NCBI GenBank assembly: GCA_040357565.1
Contig: JBDODJ010000120.1
Reading direction: 5' to 3' (one strand)
Source of the DNA: Cercozoa sp. M6MM
Taxonomy: Eukaryota; Protista; Endomyxa: Ascetosporea
Length of the DNA: 34,554 nt
Part shown: positions 11,748 through 27,975 of the stretch, in pieces
Numbering within the stretch: the first letter of the stretch is position 1
Layout of the letters: the number at the start of each line of letters is the position of its first letter
The notes under the pieces: model-generated
What the model saw: the letters and a program-made list of their open reading frames with translations, nothing else
What the model was told of the DNA's origin: nothing
Database searches by the model: none
Made by a program: the position numbers and the translations under genes

Positions 11748-13677
11748 GTATTTGTGGGCGAGCAGGCCGGCGGCACGTTCGTGGTCGAGAAGGACGAGGG
11801 CGCCCCGCTGACGCGCGGTACCGAGATCGTGCTGCACCTGAAGGAGGGCTGCGAGTCCTTCCTCGAGGAGGACACCATCAAGAACATCGTGAAGCAGCAC
11901 TCGCAGTTCATTCCGTTCCCGATCTCGCTCTACGTGACCAAGACCGAGGAGGTCGAGGACGAGGAGGAGGCCGCCGACTCGGATGATGAGGAGGCCGATG
12001 AGCCCAAGATCGAGGAGGTCAAGGACGAGGACGAGGACAAGGAGGACAAGCCCAAGAAGACCAAGACCGTGACGACGCAGGAGTTCGAGCTGCTCAACAA
12101 GCAGAAGCCGATCTGGCTGCGCAACCCGGACGACGTCAAGCAGGTGTGTCTTTGGTCCTTACCCTGGCCTAGCCTCACCCCCTCCCATATTGCTACCATA
12201 CCCCCTCTGCCTTCATCCCCTCTATCTTCATCCCTACCCCGCAGGAGGAGTACGCCGCCTTCTTCAAGTCGCTGACGAACGAGTGGGACGACCACGCCGC
12301 TGTGGAGCACTTCAAGGTCGAGGGTGCCATGGAGTTCACGGGCCTCCTGTTCGTGCCGAAGCGCGCGCCCAACGACATGTTCGGCGGCCAGCGCGACCAG
12401 AAGCAGAAGAACCTCAAGCTCTACGTGCGTCGTGTCTTCATCACGGACGACTGCGCCGAGTTCTGCCCGGACTGGCTCTCGTTCGTCAAGGGCCTCGTGG
12501 ACTCGGAGGACCTGCCGCTCAACGTGTCGCGTGAGATGCTCCAGCAGAGCAAGGTGCTGCGTCAGATCAAGAAGAGCGTCGTCAAGAAGTCGATCGCCAT
12601 GTTCACGCGTCTCGCCGAGAACGACGAGGAGTACCTCAAGTTCTACAAGAACTTTGGCAAGCAGCTCAAGCTCGGCATCTACCAGGACGAGAAGAACCGC
12701 GACAAGCTCGCCGAGCTGCTGCGCTTCCAGACCTCTAAGTCCGGCGAGGACCAGCTCTCGCTCAAGCAGTACGTGGCCAACATGAAGGAGGAGCAGAAGG
12801 ACATCTACTACATTACCGGCGAGAGCAAGCAGGCCGTGGAGAACTCGCCCTTCCTCGAGGCGCTCAAGAAGCGCGGTCTGGAGGTAGCCGCCCCTCTGCC
12901 CTCTCTGCCCTCTGCCCCTATCCCCCGAGTGCTTCCTTGTACTTGCCTCCCGTGTGGTTTGGACAGGTGCTGTACCTCACCGACGCCATCGATGAGTACG
13001 TGACGCAGCAGCTCAAGGAGTTCGACGGCCACAAGCTCGTCTCGGTCACCAAGGAGGTACTTGCCCCTTTGCTGCTTGCCGGTCCCCGCATGAGACATGA
13101 CATGACAGTAACCCCCTGTGTGTAGGGCCTGGAGCTCCCGATGAGCGAGGAGGAGAAGGCTCGCGCCGAGGAGGAGAAGGCCGAGTACGACGCCCTGTGC
13201 ACCAAGGTGAAGGAGATCCTCGGCGACAAGGTCGAGAAGGTCGTCGTGTCCTACCGCATGGAGGACTCGCCGTGCTCGCTCGTGACAGCCGAGTTCGGCT
13301 GGTCGGCCAACATGGAGCGCATCATGAAGGCGCAGGCGCTTGGCGGCAACGACATGTACCAGTTCATGGCACCGCGCAAGACGCTCGAGATCAACCCGAA
13401 GCACGGCATCGTCAAGTCGCTCAAGAAGCTCTTCGCCGCCGACCCGGAGGACAAGACCATCAAGGACTTCACCTTCCTGCTGTTCGAGACGGCCATGCTG
13501 ACCTCGGGCTTCACGCTCGACGAGCCGACCACGTTCGCCTCGCGCATCCACAAGCTCATCAAGATCGGCCTCGATGTCGAGGACGACGAGGAGGAGGACG
13601 TTGCTGCCGCTGATGCCGACGAGGACATGCCCGAGCTCGACACGGAGGACGCCTCGATGCTCGAGGAGGTCGACTAA
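11080..13677 (+). CDS. HSP90: Cytosolic heat shock protein 90 (6 exons)
   Basis: Exons 11080-11126, 11286-11688, 11766-12143, 12245-12883, 12967-13056, 13126-13677; all introns GT-AG. Motifs [79 protein letters not shown], charged linker, C-terminal EEVD. Strong C/G-ending codon bias. Confidence 0.98.
11706..11745. repeat. (TA)n microsatellite in HSP90 intron 2
   Basis: About 20 TA units inside intron 11689-11765. Confidence 0.95.
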
Positions 13678-13958
13678 ATCTTGTGTCTGCGTGTCGCCCG
13701 CGCTCTACCGTGCGCTGGTTAGTTTTTCGTCCGAGAGGATACACCATAGATCTTGAAAATTCGCCTCATGCTGCGCTAGTTTGTTTAAACTGGTAATATC
13801 CGTGAAGATACAACTGAACTGAACGAAGTTTGGTCGGTGCACGCCAGTTGGGTTCGGTTGAACAAATCTATTAAGCTGACGTCAACACTTCAATACCCGA
13901 CCAAGTTACTGTTTCCATACCGAAACAAGTGTGTCATAAGCTAAGGCAGAAAACAAAA

Positions 13959-15466
13959 CTAGATAAGTTGGAAGCCGGCATCTTCCTCATGCTCAGCCTC
14001 AGGCTCGGCATCTGAGTTGTCACCGTTCTGTTCGATGTCAGGGTGATCGCTGGCACCGTCCTGATCGTTGTCGTTGTTGTCTTGCGCTTCTGGCTTCTTT
14101 GACACCTGCTGTGTCAGGCCAAAGAGGGACGCGAACAGCTCGTCCACCTGTGTAGACACACAAGACATATGCACATGAGTGAGGAGGGAGTGCTCAGGTG
14201 TACCAAATCAGCGTCGCGGTACTTGGGAATTGGCACCATACTGCACACAATACAAGAGTGCTCCAGCCCAGAAAGATGAGCACAGTGTGCGACATACAAG
14301 TTCTGCAGTTTTGGAATGGGCTGGAAGCGAATCTTTCGACCCTACAGACAAAACAGTTGAGGGCTTTTGGTCGAAAGAAACAACACATAAAAAGGTGCGA
14401 GGCTTGTGCACCTTGCTGGCCTTGCGATCGACGTTGTTCTTGGTTCGCCGTGTTCGCCGTGTAACAGCCTGCGCTGCATCGGCGTCGCCTGCCGCGCTCG
14501 ACTCTGTGCAGTCGTGCCGAACATAAGATAGGATGCACCTGAGGTGAGGTAACAGAAGAGACGATGTACCGGTAGAGGCAGCGATGAACTCACGCAACAG
14601 CTCTGTTAGTATCAGTATAATTATAATAATGTTACGCTAGGTGGGGGAATGACTACCTTGGTAAAAGTCAGTGTCGTCGTAGACCTGCGCGCTGCTCTTT
14701 TGCGTCGTTGGTTTTTCGCCCTTGAAAGAGTGCTGCGACAGCAAGAACAGGGGTGAACCATAGGGTAAGGGTAGGGGTAAGAGTATCACATTGGTCGGTT
14801 AGCAAGAGCGGCGTACCTGGAGTGGCCGCAGCTGCGCACGCCGCACCAGCTTGTCCAAGAAAGCATCGTCCTTGAAGCAACTGCACACAGACACACACGC
14901 ATGCACACACACGCACACACACGCACACACATACAGACACACAGACACACAGACACACATACACACATACACACAGACACACAGACACACACACACACAC
15001 ACACACACGAAAGAAGAAGTACGAGTCGGTCTGTGCCTTGAGCGACTGCTCCAGTGCCGATAACTGCACCTGCTTGCGGCCCTGCAGGGCGGCCGTGTGC
15101 GCACGTGACTTCTTGTGCCACTGAGCACGTGCACACATTCAGTCGCACCGTCGGGTCAGTTGTCTGCCACAGCAATACATGACAGCGAAAGGTACCACAT
15201 CGGCATCCGCGATGGAGAGATCGATGACGTCGTCGACGTCAAGTTCCGTGTCCTCGCTGAAGGAAAACAGGAGGACAGTAAGGTAGTAGGACAGTAAGGT
15301 AGGAGGACAACAAGGTAGGAGGACAGTAAGGTAGGTTGGATGAGAACCAGTACCCAGAGAAAAGGTCGGCGTGCAAGGCGTCCAACTCTTGCGTCAATTC
15401 ATTCAGTTCCGACAACACCGCAGACACCTCTTGTTTCACCTAACAAAAATGGAGGGTTAGAAACAT

Positions 15467-15518
<52 letters not shown>

Positions 15519-15802
15519 GAGCAAAGGCACCTCCGTGTCGTGCTCAATGTGCGCCTCCAGAGCACTCGCACGCGGCAGCGACATTGCCTTCAGCAGCACA
15601 GGCTGCACGCGGATGCGCATACCCAGTGTGTCGGCACATGCGGACACGAGGCGACTACACCAGTGGTATCAAGAGGGACACCGGCAGAGGGGAGGGCCAT
15701 GGACTTACCGTGTGGCCACAGCACGCCGTCTCTCCTGCCAACACAGGTGGTAACACATCACATACACAAACACAAACACAAACACAAACACAAACACAAA
15801 CA

Positions 15803-15852
<50 letters not shown>

Positions 15853-15862
15853 NNNNNNNNNN

Positions 15863-15910
<48 letters not shown>

Positions 15911-16440
15911 ACATACAACAGAGACACACACAGATACAGAGACACAGAGACACAAAGAAACAAACAATGCTTACGTTGTGCGAATGCGCAACAGCGTCAG
16001 CGAACATGGCGTCGTTCCGCGCGGACAGCATGGCGAGGTCCTTGTCCAGGTCATCCTCGTCCTCGTTGTCGTCCTCATCGTCCTGGTCACTGCACGCACA
16101 GACACTGTCCGTGCAGACTCAGAGATACCACAAAGTTGGTACCTGACGTCGCTCTCATCGCTCACAAAGTTAGCCAGTTTCTCCATCAGTCGCGCCTGCT
16201 CCTCTTCGCTCTGGCCGGATCCCTGGAGACACAGCATGTGACACACGCGTACACACGCTTCATACACTGCAGTCGACATACCTCCTGGATGGGAAGTGCT
16301 TCCGCTGACTTGACCACTCTTCCAAACACCCACAAGTTAGCGAGAAAACCACACAGATACTTTTTTCAGCAGAAGTACCGGCCCGGGTAGGCACCCTCGA
16401 TGCGCGTCAGTGCGTCGCCTTCCTTCAGAAACCGCGACAT
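13959..16440 (-). CDS. AATF: AATF/Che-1/Bfr2 (TRAUB-domain) small-subunit processome factor, multi-exon
   Basis: ATG 16440 ([11 protein letters not shown]), acidic N-terminal region, [16 protein letters not shown]...[39 protein letters not shown] and [10 protein letters not shown], the conserved AATF/Bfr2 C-terminal motifs. Stop at 13959. Confidence 0.85.
14885..15909 (-). repeat. Three intronic (TG)n / (TTTGTG)n tracts in AATF, one spanning an N-gap
   Basis: (CA)-rich tracts on + at ~14885-15008, 15468-15514 and 15765-15909 (N10 at 15853-15862). Confidence 0.93.
15269..15335. repeat. 16-bp tandem minisatellite (AGGAGGACAGTAAGGT x ~4) filling most of an AATF intron
   Basis: aggaggacagtaaggt agtaggacagtaaggt aggaggacaacaaggt aggaggacagtaaggt agg. 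Confidence 0.85.
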
Positions 16441-16644
16441 TGTGCCTCACAGTGTGTTCACACAAATTCAGACACTCCCGCACGCGCGACCGCAGCGATA
16501 GCGCTGATTTCTGATAATGTTATGGGCGCGGAAAAGTAGCTGGCTACACAAGGGAAGAATCACCGCGAAAAATGCCACGCAGGGCATACTTAGACTCATT
16601 GTTTTGACTCTAAGCACATCAGCAGCGTATTGGATTGTTTGAAA
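16441..16644. promoter_or_regulatory. Putative bidirectional promoter AATF/NDOR1 (204 bp)
   Basis: Lies between divergent ATGs; contains GGGCGCGGAAAA (16524-16535) and CCGCGAAAAA (16563-16572), which resemble E2F-type sites. Confidence 0.5.
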
Positions 16645-19998
<3,354 letters not shown>

Positions 19999-20259
19999 AC
20001 AATGCCAACGCAACGAAACGAAACTCCGGCCGAACAGATTGATCAGCTAACATAAGATCATACAATCGATGCCACTACGTTCCATTCAGTTGACGCTGCG
20101 TCTATCAGTGTTATCCCGATTACTCAACGCAATTTGACGATTCGAATGTTCGGTTCGTCCGGTCACGCCACGGTACGCGACGGGTACGAATAAGGGAGTA
20201 AGCACGATGAAAATCGATACGATAATCGACGAAAACGCAATTGACGGCGCGGAAGTCAC

Positions 20260-20294
20260 ATCCCTAGGCCAGTAGTTAATCCCTAGGCCAGTAG
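20260..20294. repeat. Perfect 16-bp direct repeat flanking a stop codon
   Basis: ATCCCTAGGCCAGTAG at 20260-20275 and 20279-20294, separated by TTA (TAA on the - strand). Confidence 0.9.
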
Positions 20295-20787
20295 AAAGGA
20301 GACTTCACCACCGTTTGCTCCTACAGGCCAGTTATGCATTTCATTATTTTGGAGACACGAACACACAAAACTGGGCAGGAGTCAGGAAGGCTACCTCATG
20401 CGGTGTGAGTTGCACGTCCGACATGGGCACTACGAACTGCGACTTGGAGGGCCGCGAGAAATGCTTGCCGGACGAGGTGACGACATCCACGTTCATTGGC
20501 TTGAACTGAATTGGCGCAGACACACCCAAAAGAAACAATCCGCGCGGAGACATACAGACAAAAACAAAAAACAAACAAACCTGGAACGGGTGCGTGCGCA
20601 CCAAGTCGAAAATTTCGTCGTCGGTGAATTTCTTGCCGCGGCGTGCTTCCTCTCGCGCAATGTCGAGGTCACGTTCCGCGCGGATGCTCAAGAACAGTGC
20701 GGACTGACCGCGCGTGTCGACTTCGACCGTGCCAGCATGGAAGCCCTCGGCCTCCTCCTGCAGCTGCTTCTTGTGATTTTTTCTGCC

Positions 20788-20837
<50 letters not shown>

Positions 20838-20847
20838 NNNNNNNNNN

Positions 20848-20895
<48 letters not shown>

Positions 20896-23800
20896 CACAC
20901 ACACACACACACACACAACACACACACACACAACACACACACACACATTGAAAGCGCAGAGAGGAAGGGAAGCAAGGAAGGGAAGCAGGAAGGAAAGCAG
21001 GGAAGGGAAGCAGGGAAGGGAAGAAAGGAGGCGAGGGGACGGAAGGGAAAAGGGCTACCGGCGCATGCGCACGTTGTGCCTGGCCTCGGCGAGCTGGATG
21101 TCGAGAGTGAAACCGTCGCGCAATTGCTCCTAGGAATAAATATATATATATATATATAATACACATGCATATATGTGTATACATATATATACACGTTATC
21201 AATACAGTATAGTGCACCTCGATGGCAGCAGCACGTTTAAAGCCGCCAGTAAACATGGCCATCATGCCTGGTTTCTGCCACACACAGACACGGTATACAA
21301 AGGAAGGGAGAAAGGCACAATTGTTTCAGAACGGTACCGCTCCTGAGAGACCGCCAAACACGTCTGTGCTCCACTGATGCAACCTGGGAAAGAAAGGGTA
21401 CGGTAGGGTCATATAGTACTACGCAGGGGCAAGGGCAAGGGCAAGGGCAAGGGGGTAGGTCCATAGAGCATGCTCTCTCTACATGTAGTCGCCAGCAGGC
21501 ACGTGTCGCTGAATCTCGGGATGTCGTTCGATCTGCTTAAGCAGCGACGTCAGGTAGGGACCCGGCTTACTGTAGCCACCGGGAGGGGGGAGGGAGGGTA
21601 AAGTAAGACACAAGGTGAGCAGCCACGAAGAAGCAGAGATAGGGTACGGTGGCATATGAAGGGAAAAGATCATTGACAGTGCCGACAGGTAGACGAGTGA
21701 GGCGAGACCAACTGCTGCCTGAAGGTAGGCGGCAAGGGGTAGGGGTAAACTACAAGGCAACAAGACACGTGCCAGACATACCGAAGGGATGAGGTCCTCG
21801 GCGTAGGGAGCAGTCGCACAGGAGCCCAACTATACAGGAGCCAGGAAGGATGTGACCCAAAGAAGTGACCTAGGCGGCGGGGGGGGGGGGTACACGCTGC
21901 GTCTCGTACTCGAGCGACGTCGAGTGCATTTTGGCGAGTCGCTCCAGTCGCTTCCTCGTCATACTGAAACACGAACGGGATCAACGGACGGTACAACTGG
22001 ACCAAGAAGCAGTGCACGTACGGCTGATCGGGTGGCACCAGCGGCAGCGACAGCGCGTCGCAGCGCAGCGCCGAGCGGCCCTGCGCGTGCGCAAACGCCA
22101 GCGGCAGACGCACCTTTAAGCATCAACACACACAGACACAGTGGTACAAATGAACAGGGACATCTGGACTCGCAAAAGCTACATGCACACGCCGCTCCTG
22201 ATTCTCCAGAATGATCGTGTTCACGTGCTCCGTCAACGTGTTGACAAAGTGCTGTACACACTCGAACGAACGGGGGGGGGGGGGTATAAGTATCAAAGGA
22301 GGTAAGGAACAGGCGGTGTACCGGCTGTGGGTGGTTCACGATATCAAACGGAACACCGTCGCGTCTGTGTTACACACACATACACACATGTGAGTCATAT
22401 GGCTAGACGCGCAAGAGGCAACACAAGGTACGCCACGTGCGGCCGTAGCCAGGCAGCTGGTCCCTTCTCTGCCACCGTCACCTGCGCAGTCACATGCATC
22501 ACTTACCTCCTTCCATACAGACAGAAAGACAGAAAGACACACAGACACCAACACAGAGACACACCTCACGGGGCAAGGCGGCCGGCAACTCATCGCCTGC
22601 CTCGACGACGCTGACGTTCTGCACACAAACACACACGTGTTAGAACGACCACCTAGAGCGATCAACCAGTGATCACTCAGAATGACCACTCAAAGTGACC
22701 ACTAAGAATATCCACTAAGGATGACCTCGCATATTGACGACTCATACCTCATCGAGCGTGAAGCCTTGTTGTGCCAGCAGCCGGCGTTCGCACATGCGTG
22801 CTACGCGCGCGCGCGCCGCACTGGTGTCCTGTCAAGTGGGTACCAGTCAGGGAGGTACTGGGGGGGGGGGGGGGGCCAAACGGGGGTGAGTACGTCCGCC
22901 TGACACAGACTGCGGTGTCTCTCCATGGCTTCTTCCTTTGTGAGCGGGCGCACGCGGTGCCAGTCACCTACGTAAACAAGCGTGTGACATGGAGGTTAAG
23001 GGAGTAGCGAAAAAGAGAGGATAGGGTTAAAGGGAGTCGGATAAAGGGGCAGGAACTAAAGAGAGTACCCAGCACAGTGACAGTCCAGCCGCCGTTGCCG
23101 ATGTGTTCCGGCAGGCGCCAGGAGATCTCCTCCTGCTCGCACAGAAAGTACTGTTCCTTGATGTCCTCCTCCTGCACCGGCTCTTGCTCCTTCTTGCTAC
23201 GGGGTGGGGGGGGGGAGAGGTAAGTGGGGCACATATAGAGGTATCTATCCAGAGAAGAGCTTAAAGCTATATACATATATATATATATATATATATGTCT
23301 TATAGCCAGGTGTATGGGTTAGAGAAAGGTGTATATAGAGGGAGGGAGGTAAGGTACGCAGGGTGACGCCGAGGTGCACGGCCCTCTCGCTGTCGGATTC
23401 GCTGCTCGCTAAAGTGAGAGGCCAGTTCGGTGAGAGACACCTCCTTGTCTGGGTATGTACACAGGGTAGGAAGAGAGAGAGACAGGGAGACAGGGAGACA
23501 GGAAGACAGGGAGATCGGGAAACAGGAGGAGGTACTGCGATGACGCTCGTTGCGATAGTCGCTCGCTGCCTTGGGCCGCGCGGCGTCGCGCTTGACCTCG
23601 TCGTCGGTGAGACGCAGCACTTGAACTCTACACACACACATATATATATATATACACATGCAGTCAGCCACTCGCCATCCACTATAACTAGAACACACCT
23701 CCGCGCGTACGTCCGACGACTGACCCACGGACGCGGAATCTCCCTACAGCATCCGCGCGGACACAACGAAGTACAATTATCGAAGGACAAGAAGAGACTG

Positions 23801-24340
23801 AACGCACTCTGCGCCTTCCTCTGGCTTTACGGGAAGCTGCAGCAACTGACGCAGCGCCGGATGATGCATCACGATCTGTTCGGACACAACCAAACATATG
23901 TACACATCTAAATACACACACACACGGAGGAACATACGTTCCTCGCGACATTCACCTGTGCACCACACACACACACAGGTACAAAAGCTTGACATTCGAG
24001 GTACTTTAACGGCAAAGAGAAAAAGTGAGAGAGAGACCTCCTCGGAGAAGGAAGGCAGAATGATATCGCGCATGCTGACTGCAATGCCGACGCAGGCACC
24101 GATCACGCCGAGTGCCGCCCAGTATCTAAAGTATGCAGGAACGAGATCATCTCGTTCTCCTCTTCTCCTTCGTGTGACACAAGACTACCCTGGGAAGTCA
24201 CGCCTCGGGAACAGTCGCACACGCGGATCGGCCGACGTGCGCGGTACAACAGGCGGCACCACCATCGAGCGACGTCCGCGCGGACGAGCCACGCACGCTC
24301 TACGCGCCGCTCGTACAGTTTGGTGCAGTCTACGAAGCAT
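20276..24340 (-). CDS. Multi-exon protein with Arg-rich mitochondrial-type presequence and one N-proximal TM helix (N-terminal part weakly Tim21-like); function unknown
   Basis: ATG 24340 MLRRLHQTVRAARRACVARPRGRRSM; TM YWAALGVIGACVGIAVSM; then HPALRQLLQLPVKPEEG; many short GT-AG exons; last exons ...FKPMNVDVV...LTPHE/EQTVVKSPFYWPRD* (TAA 20278-20276). Not every internal junction was resolved, so it could be two genes. Confidence 0.55.
20789..20947 (-). repeat. Intronic (TG)n tract with N-gap
   Basis: (CA)n on +, N10 at 20838-20847. Confidence 0.93.
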
Positions 24341-24479
24341 CTGCACACACAAGGGAGCAGCCGATTACTGTAGTTCCCGGGTTCCCTCGAAAAGCAATCA
24401 CGTTTTATCTTTCTCAGCAAATGCAAAATTTGCCTAACCCGCTTAAAATCAGGTTTCCGTGCGTGCTAATACCGCGGAA
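24341..24479. promoter_or_regulatory. Putative bidirectional promoter between two mitochondrial-targeted genes (139 bp)
   Basis: Lies between divergent ATGs 24340 and 24480; CCGCGGAA abuts the NDUFAF6 ATG. Confidence 0.5.
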
Positions 24480-25978
24480 ATGCTGAAACGCACTACAAGA
24501 GCGCTAAAAGTGCGCTCATTTTCGTCAATCGGCGATACTTTTCGCGATGTAGGTCGTTGCAATAGGCTTGGCCGGGCTGTATAGATATGTTTTCTGGGAA
24601 GAGTAGGTCGCAACCGAGTTGCAACGGGACCGCGAGCTGAGTGCAGTGTGTGCACTGGTGCCACCGGCGTGTCGCATGGGCGTACTGCTTTAGACACTTT
24701 ATTGTGATGGGAGGTACCTGTCCCTGGGCGTGTATAGGTGGTCGCGGTGGGTGCCTTCAGCAACGACGCGTGTAAGGTGGCACTCACAGCGACGTCGGCT
24801 CAGGCGGCGCAGCTGCGGATGCTATGGTGGCGCACCTCCGTGCAGGAGATCGGCAAGGACGAGCTGCCAGCGGCGCCGCTGCCGCGCGTGCTCTACCTGG
24901 CGCACAAGCGGCACGCACTGCCGACGCACCGAATGCTCGCTGTTCTACAGGGTGTTGCCGACCTTGTGGTAGCACTGTTTTGCTCTTACCTGCCTGCCGT
25001 TTCACCCTTTCACCCTCTCTAACCTTGTACATTCTACCCTCCTACTCCTGCCCCCTTACCTCCCTTCAGGAAACACCGCAAGCAGAGACAGTGGCGCAGC
25101 TGGATGCAATGTGCGAACATGTGTTCTCCAACACGCTGTACCTGCTCATGTCAGTCACCAGTCCGGTGAGTCTCTGTCTCTCTCCCCTGTCCCCCTCTCT
25201 CCTCCCTCTCTCCTCCCTCCCTTCCTTTGTGTCTGTACTCAAACGCAGACATGGCATGGTGTGTCTAAACATAGGAGGCGTCAGAGGAAGCCCAGGACGC
25301 TGCGTCACTCGTTGGACGGGCCTGGGGATTGGCACGTCTACTCAGGGGTGCTTCCCTCTCTCTCCTCCTCCTCCTCATTCTTCTTCTTCTCCTTGTGTAT
25401 AGCTGTCTGGCAATCACTTGAAGCATAGGTGCACCTGTGATGGCACGTGCACGGGACACCTGCGTGCTACCCAAGGAGACGCTGGTCGATGCCAAGTATG
25501 CCACCGCGTGGCGACAGGTTTTGTCTGCCCTGGAGCTTCTCAATCCTCTCCCCTTTACCCTAACCTCTGCCTCCAGGGCGATGACTCGGAGGGCACACGG
25601 CAAGCCACACAGCACGTGGTTCAGTACATCAACGCACTCCTCGACGCTGCCGACGAACAGCCGCAGGTATACGCGCGGATGAGTGCGCTGCCCGCGCGGA
25701 CGTACCTTCTGTGTGGTACAGGAACCGGTGGCACGTGTGCTGGCGGCATCGACTCGCAGCTTTGTCGATTGTCTCGAGCGACGCGATTTCTCGGTGTTCT
25801 CCGACGCCAGTGTGACCGCGTGGCCGTACGTTTTGGCTCTACTTCCCCTCCCTTTCTTCCTTCCTTCCTCCTTTTCTTCCTTTTCCTTCCTCTTTGTGCC
25901 AGTCAGTTCGATATCGATAGGTCCAACGAGGAAGAGGTCATTGAGATGTCCACGGCCATGCGTGCTGCCTTTGAGTAA
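24480..25978 (+). CDS. NDUFAF6: NDUFAF6-like complex I assembly factor (squalene/phytoene synthase fold), multi-exon
   Basis: Presequence MLKRTTRALKVRSFSS; then DRELSAVCALVPPACR, AVGAFSND...AQLRMLWWRTSV, TVAQLDAMCEHVFSNTLYL, AASLVGRAWGLARLLRG, CVLPKETL. Matches the NDUFAF6 pattern (AFN.E...RL.WW; LE.Y.E; ASH.G.A.G; LP). Stop TAA 25976-25978. Confidence 0.75.
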
Positions 25979-26085
25979 CTCAGCTGCCCATTAAACTTAA
26001 CTAACGTGGGTAAACTTACCGCGCTGACTGAGCTCAGACCGGGCTAAACTGAATACACGTTCAGCACCGATTAAGTCTGCGTTGA

Positions 26086-26664
26086 TTACTGACGCAGCTC
26101 AGCGATGCAGGTTTCGACATCGGCCGGCGCACGCGGCAGGTGCTACACAAAACGTACACTGTCAAGAGAGGCGAAAGAGGGTAGGCAGGGAAGGCAGAGG
26201 AGAGGCCGTACAGCAGTGAGATTGTCGATGCCGTCAGCAGTGATGTAGACGTTGTCCTCGAGACGGCAGCCACCTATATGAGTATTACGCCATATACACA
26301 CTCCATGTATCTGTCTGTGGATTGAGAGTACAGAAGAGAGAGAGATAGAGAACAGTACCAGCAGCAATGTACTCCTCGAGTTTATCCTGCACGATGAAGG
26401 ACGCCTGTGACTCGTCCGCCAGTGCCTGCAAATTCAGACATCACGTAGGTGCACACAGACACGACTCAGAGACTCACACGGACATAGACAAGTGACCTTC
26501 TCCAGCAGAGGACGAATGAAGTAGCAGCCTGGCTCGGCAGTGATGTACATGCCCTGTAGTACATACACACATACATATACACATGGACACATACACACCA
26601 CAGTGATAAAGGTCACACAAGGCCGTACCTCCTCCAGACGACGCGACGTTCGCAGGTAGCACTG

Positions 26665-26704
<40 letters not shown>

Positions 26705-26804
26705 NNNNNNNNNNNNNNNNNNNNNNNNNNNNNNNNNNNNNNNNNNNNNNNNNNNNNNNNNNNNNNNNNNNNNNNNNNNNNNNNNNNNNNNNNNNNNNNN
26801 NNNN

Positions 26805-26840
<36 letters not shown>

Positions 26841-27907
26841 GTGATATGCGCGCGGGGGGGGGGGGTGGGGTAAATACCACGCCCTTTTCCGTGAGACGCG
26901 GGAACTCCGGCGTGAAACCGCCGACGTCTGCACACACGGGACGGGGGATATGGGGTTTAAGGGGTAACAGGGGTTGAGAAAAGGAGTACCGTGCACCTGC
27001 AGACCAATCAAGTGGCCCAGACCGTGCGGCATGAAGGTAGCGCCCAACTTAGCCTCCATCTGTGTCAAGGAGATTAAGGGGGTGAGGGTATACAGTGGGA
27101 ATAGAATATACGGAATAAAGTATGAGTGTACCATGGCATCAACGTCGCCCTGCAGCACTCCGGCCTCCTTCAGCGAGGTCAGAATCACGCGCTCGGCCAG
27201 ACGGTGCATATCGGGCCTGCGCACGTGCAAGAGGTACCATCCGTCACAAAAGGTACCACAACAACAGGGGAGGGGGGGGGGGAGAAAGTACCACATGACA
27301 CCCGGCTTCATTTGCGACAGCACCGCCTGCAGGGGGGGGGGTACGAGGGGAGCAAGAGGGGTGGGGGTAAGGGGTACCTCCTGCGCGGCAGCAACGGCGC
27401 CCACGATGACCTTCTGCACCGGCGTGAACACACCCGACACAGGCCACGTCGTCGTCACGTCGGTGGCGTAGTTGGTGAACTCGCCTGTGGGGGAAGGGAG
27501 GTAAAGGATACACATCCGCGCGGACACCAGCGAAAGACGAAAGGTACCACCGCAGTCGGCCAGCAGGAGGTCGTTCTCGCCGACGGTGGCGTTGTTCTTG
27601 TTGTAGTGCAGAATGGCGGCGTTCTTGCCGGCGCCACTACGAGTCAGCAGTGGTCACAAGCACATACACACACATCCGCGCGGACCCAAGAAAGCTACCA
27701 GATGGCAGTGTAGGCCAAACAACGGGCACCGCCAACGACACGCACGTACGAGTTGAACAGCTACCTTGGAAGAGAGGAGTATACACACGCAGCCCACACG
27801 CATACAAAGACAAGAGTACGCCCTCAGCATGCGCCTCGTTCATACCGGCATGCATGTGCTTCCACCTGTTGCGTTGCATTCAGAGAGGGTAGAGGGTATA
27901 TAGGGGC

Positions 27908-27975
<68 letters not shown>

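Noticed and set aside
11080-11811. 243-aa ORF suggesting a 53-aa hydrophobic insertion in HSP90
   Set aside because: It is read-through of intron 1 (11127-11285, 159 nt, GT-AG, stop-free in frame); splicing restores the conserved motif.
14755-14785. Telomere-like TAGGG/TAAGGG repeats
   Set aside because: Only 3-4 irregular units inside an intron; part of the general C-rich intron composition.
27500-27547. U12-like GTATCCTTT / TCCTTTAC in a PEPD intron (- strand)
   Set aside because: The motif is internal; the in-frame donor is GTACCT. No AT-AC or true U12 donor was found in the genes I spliced.
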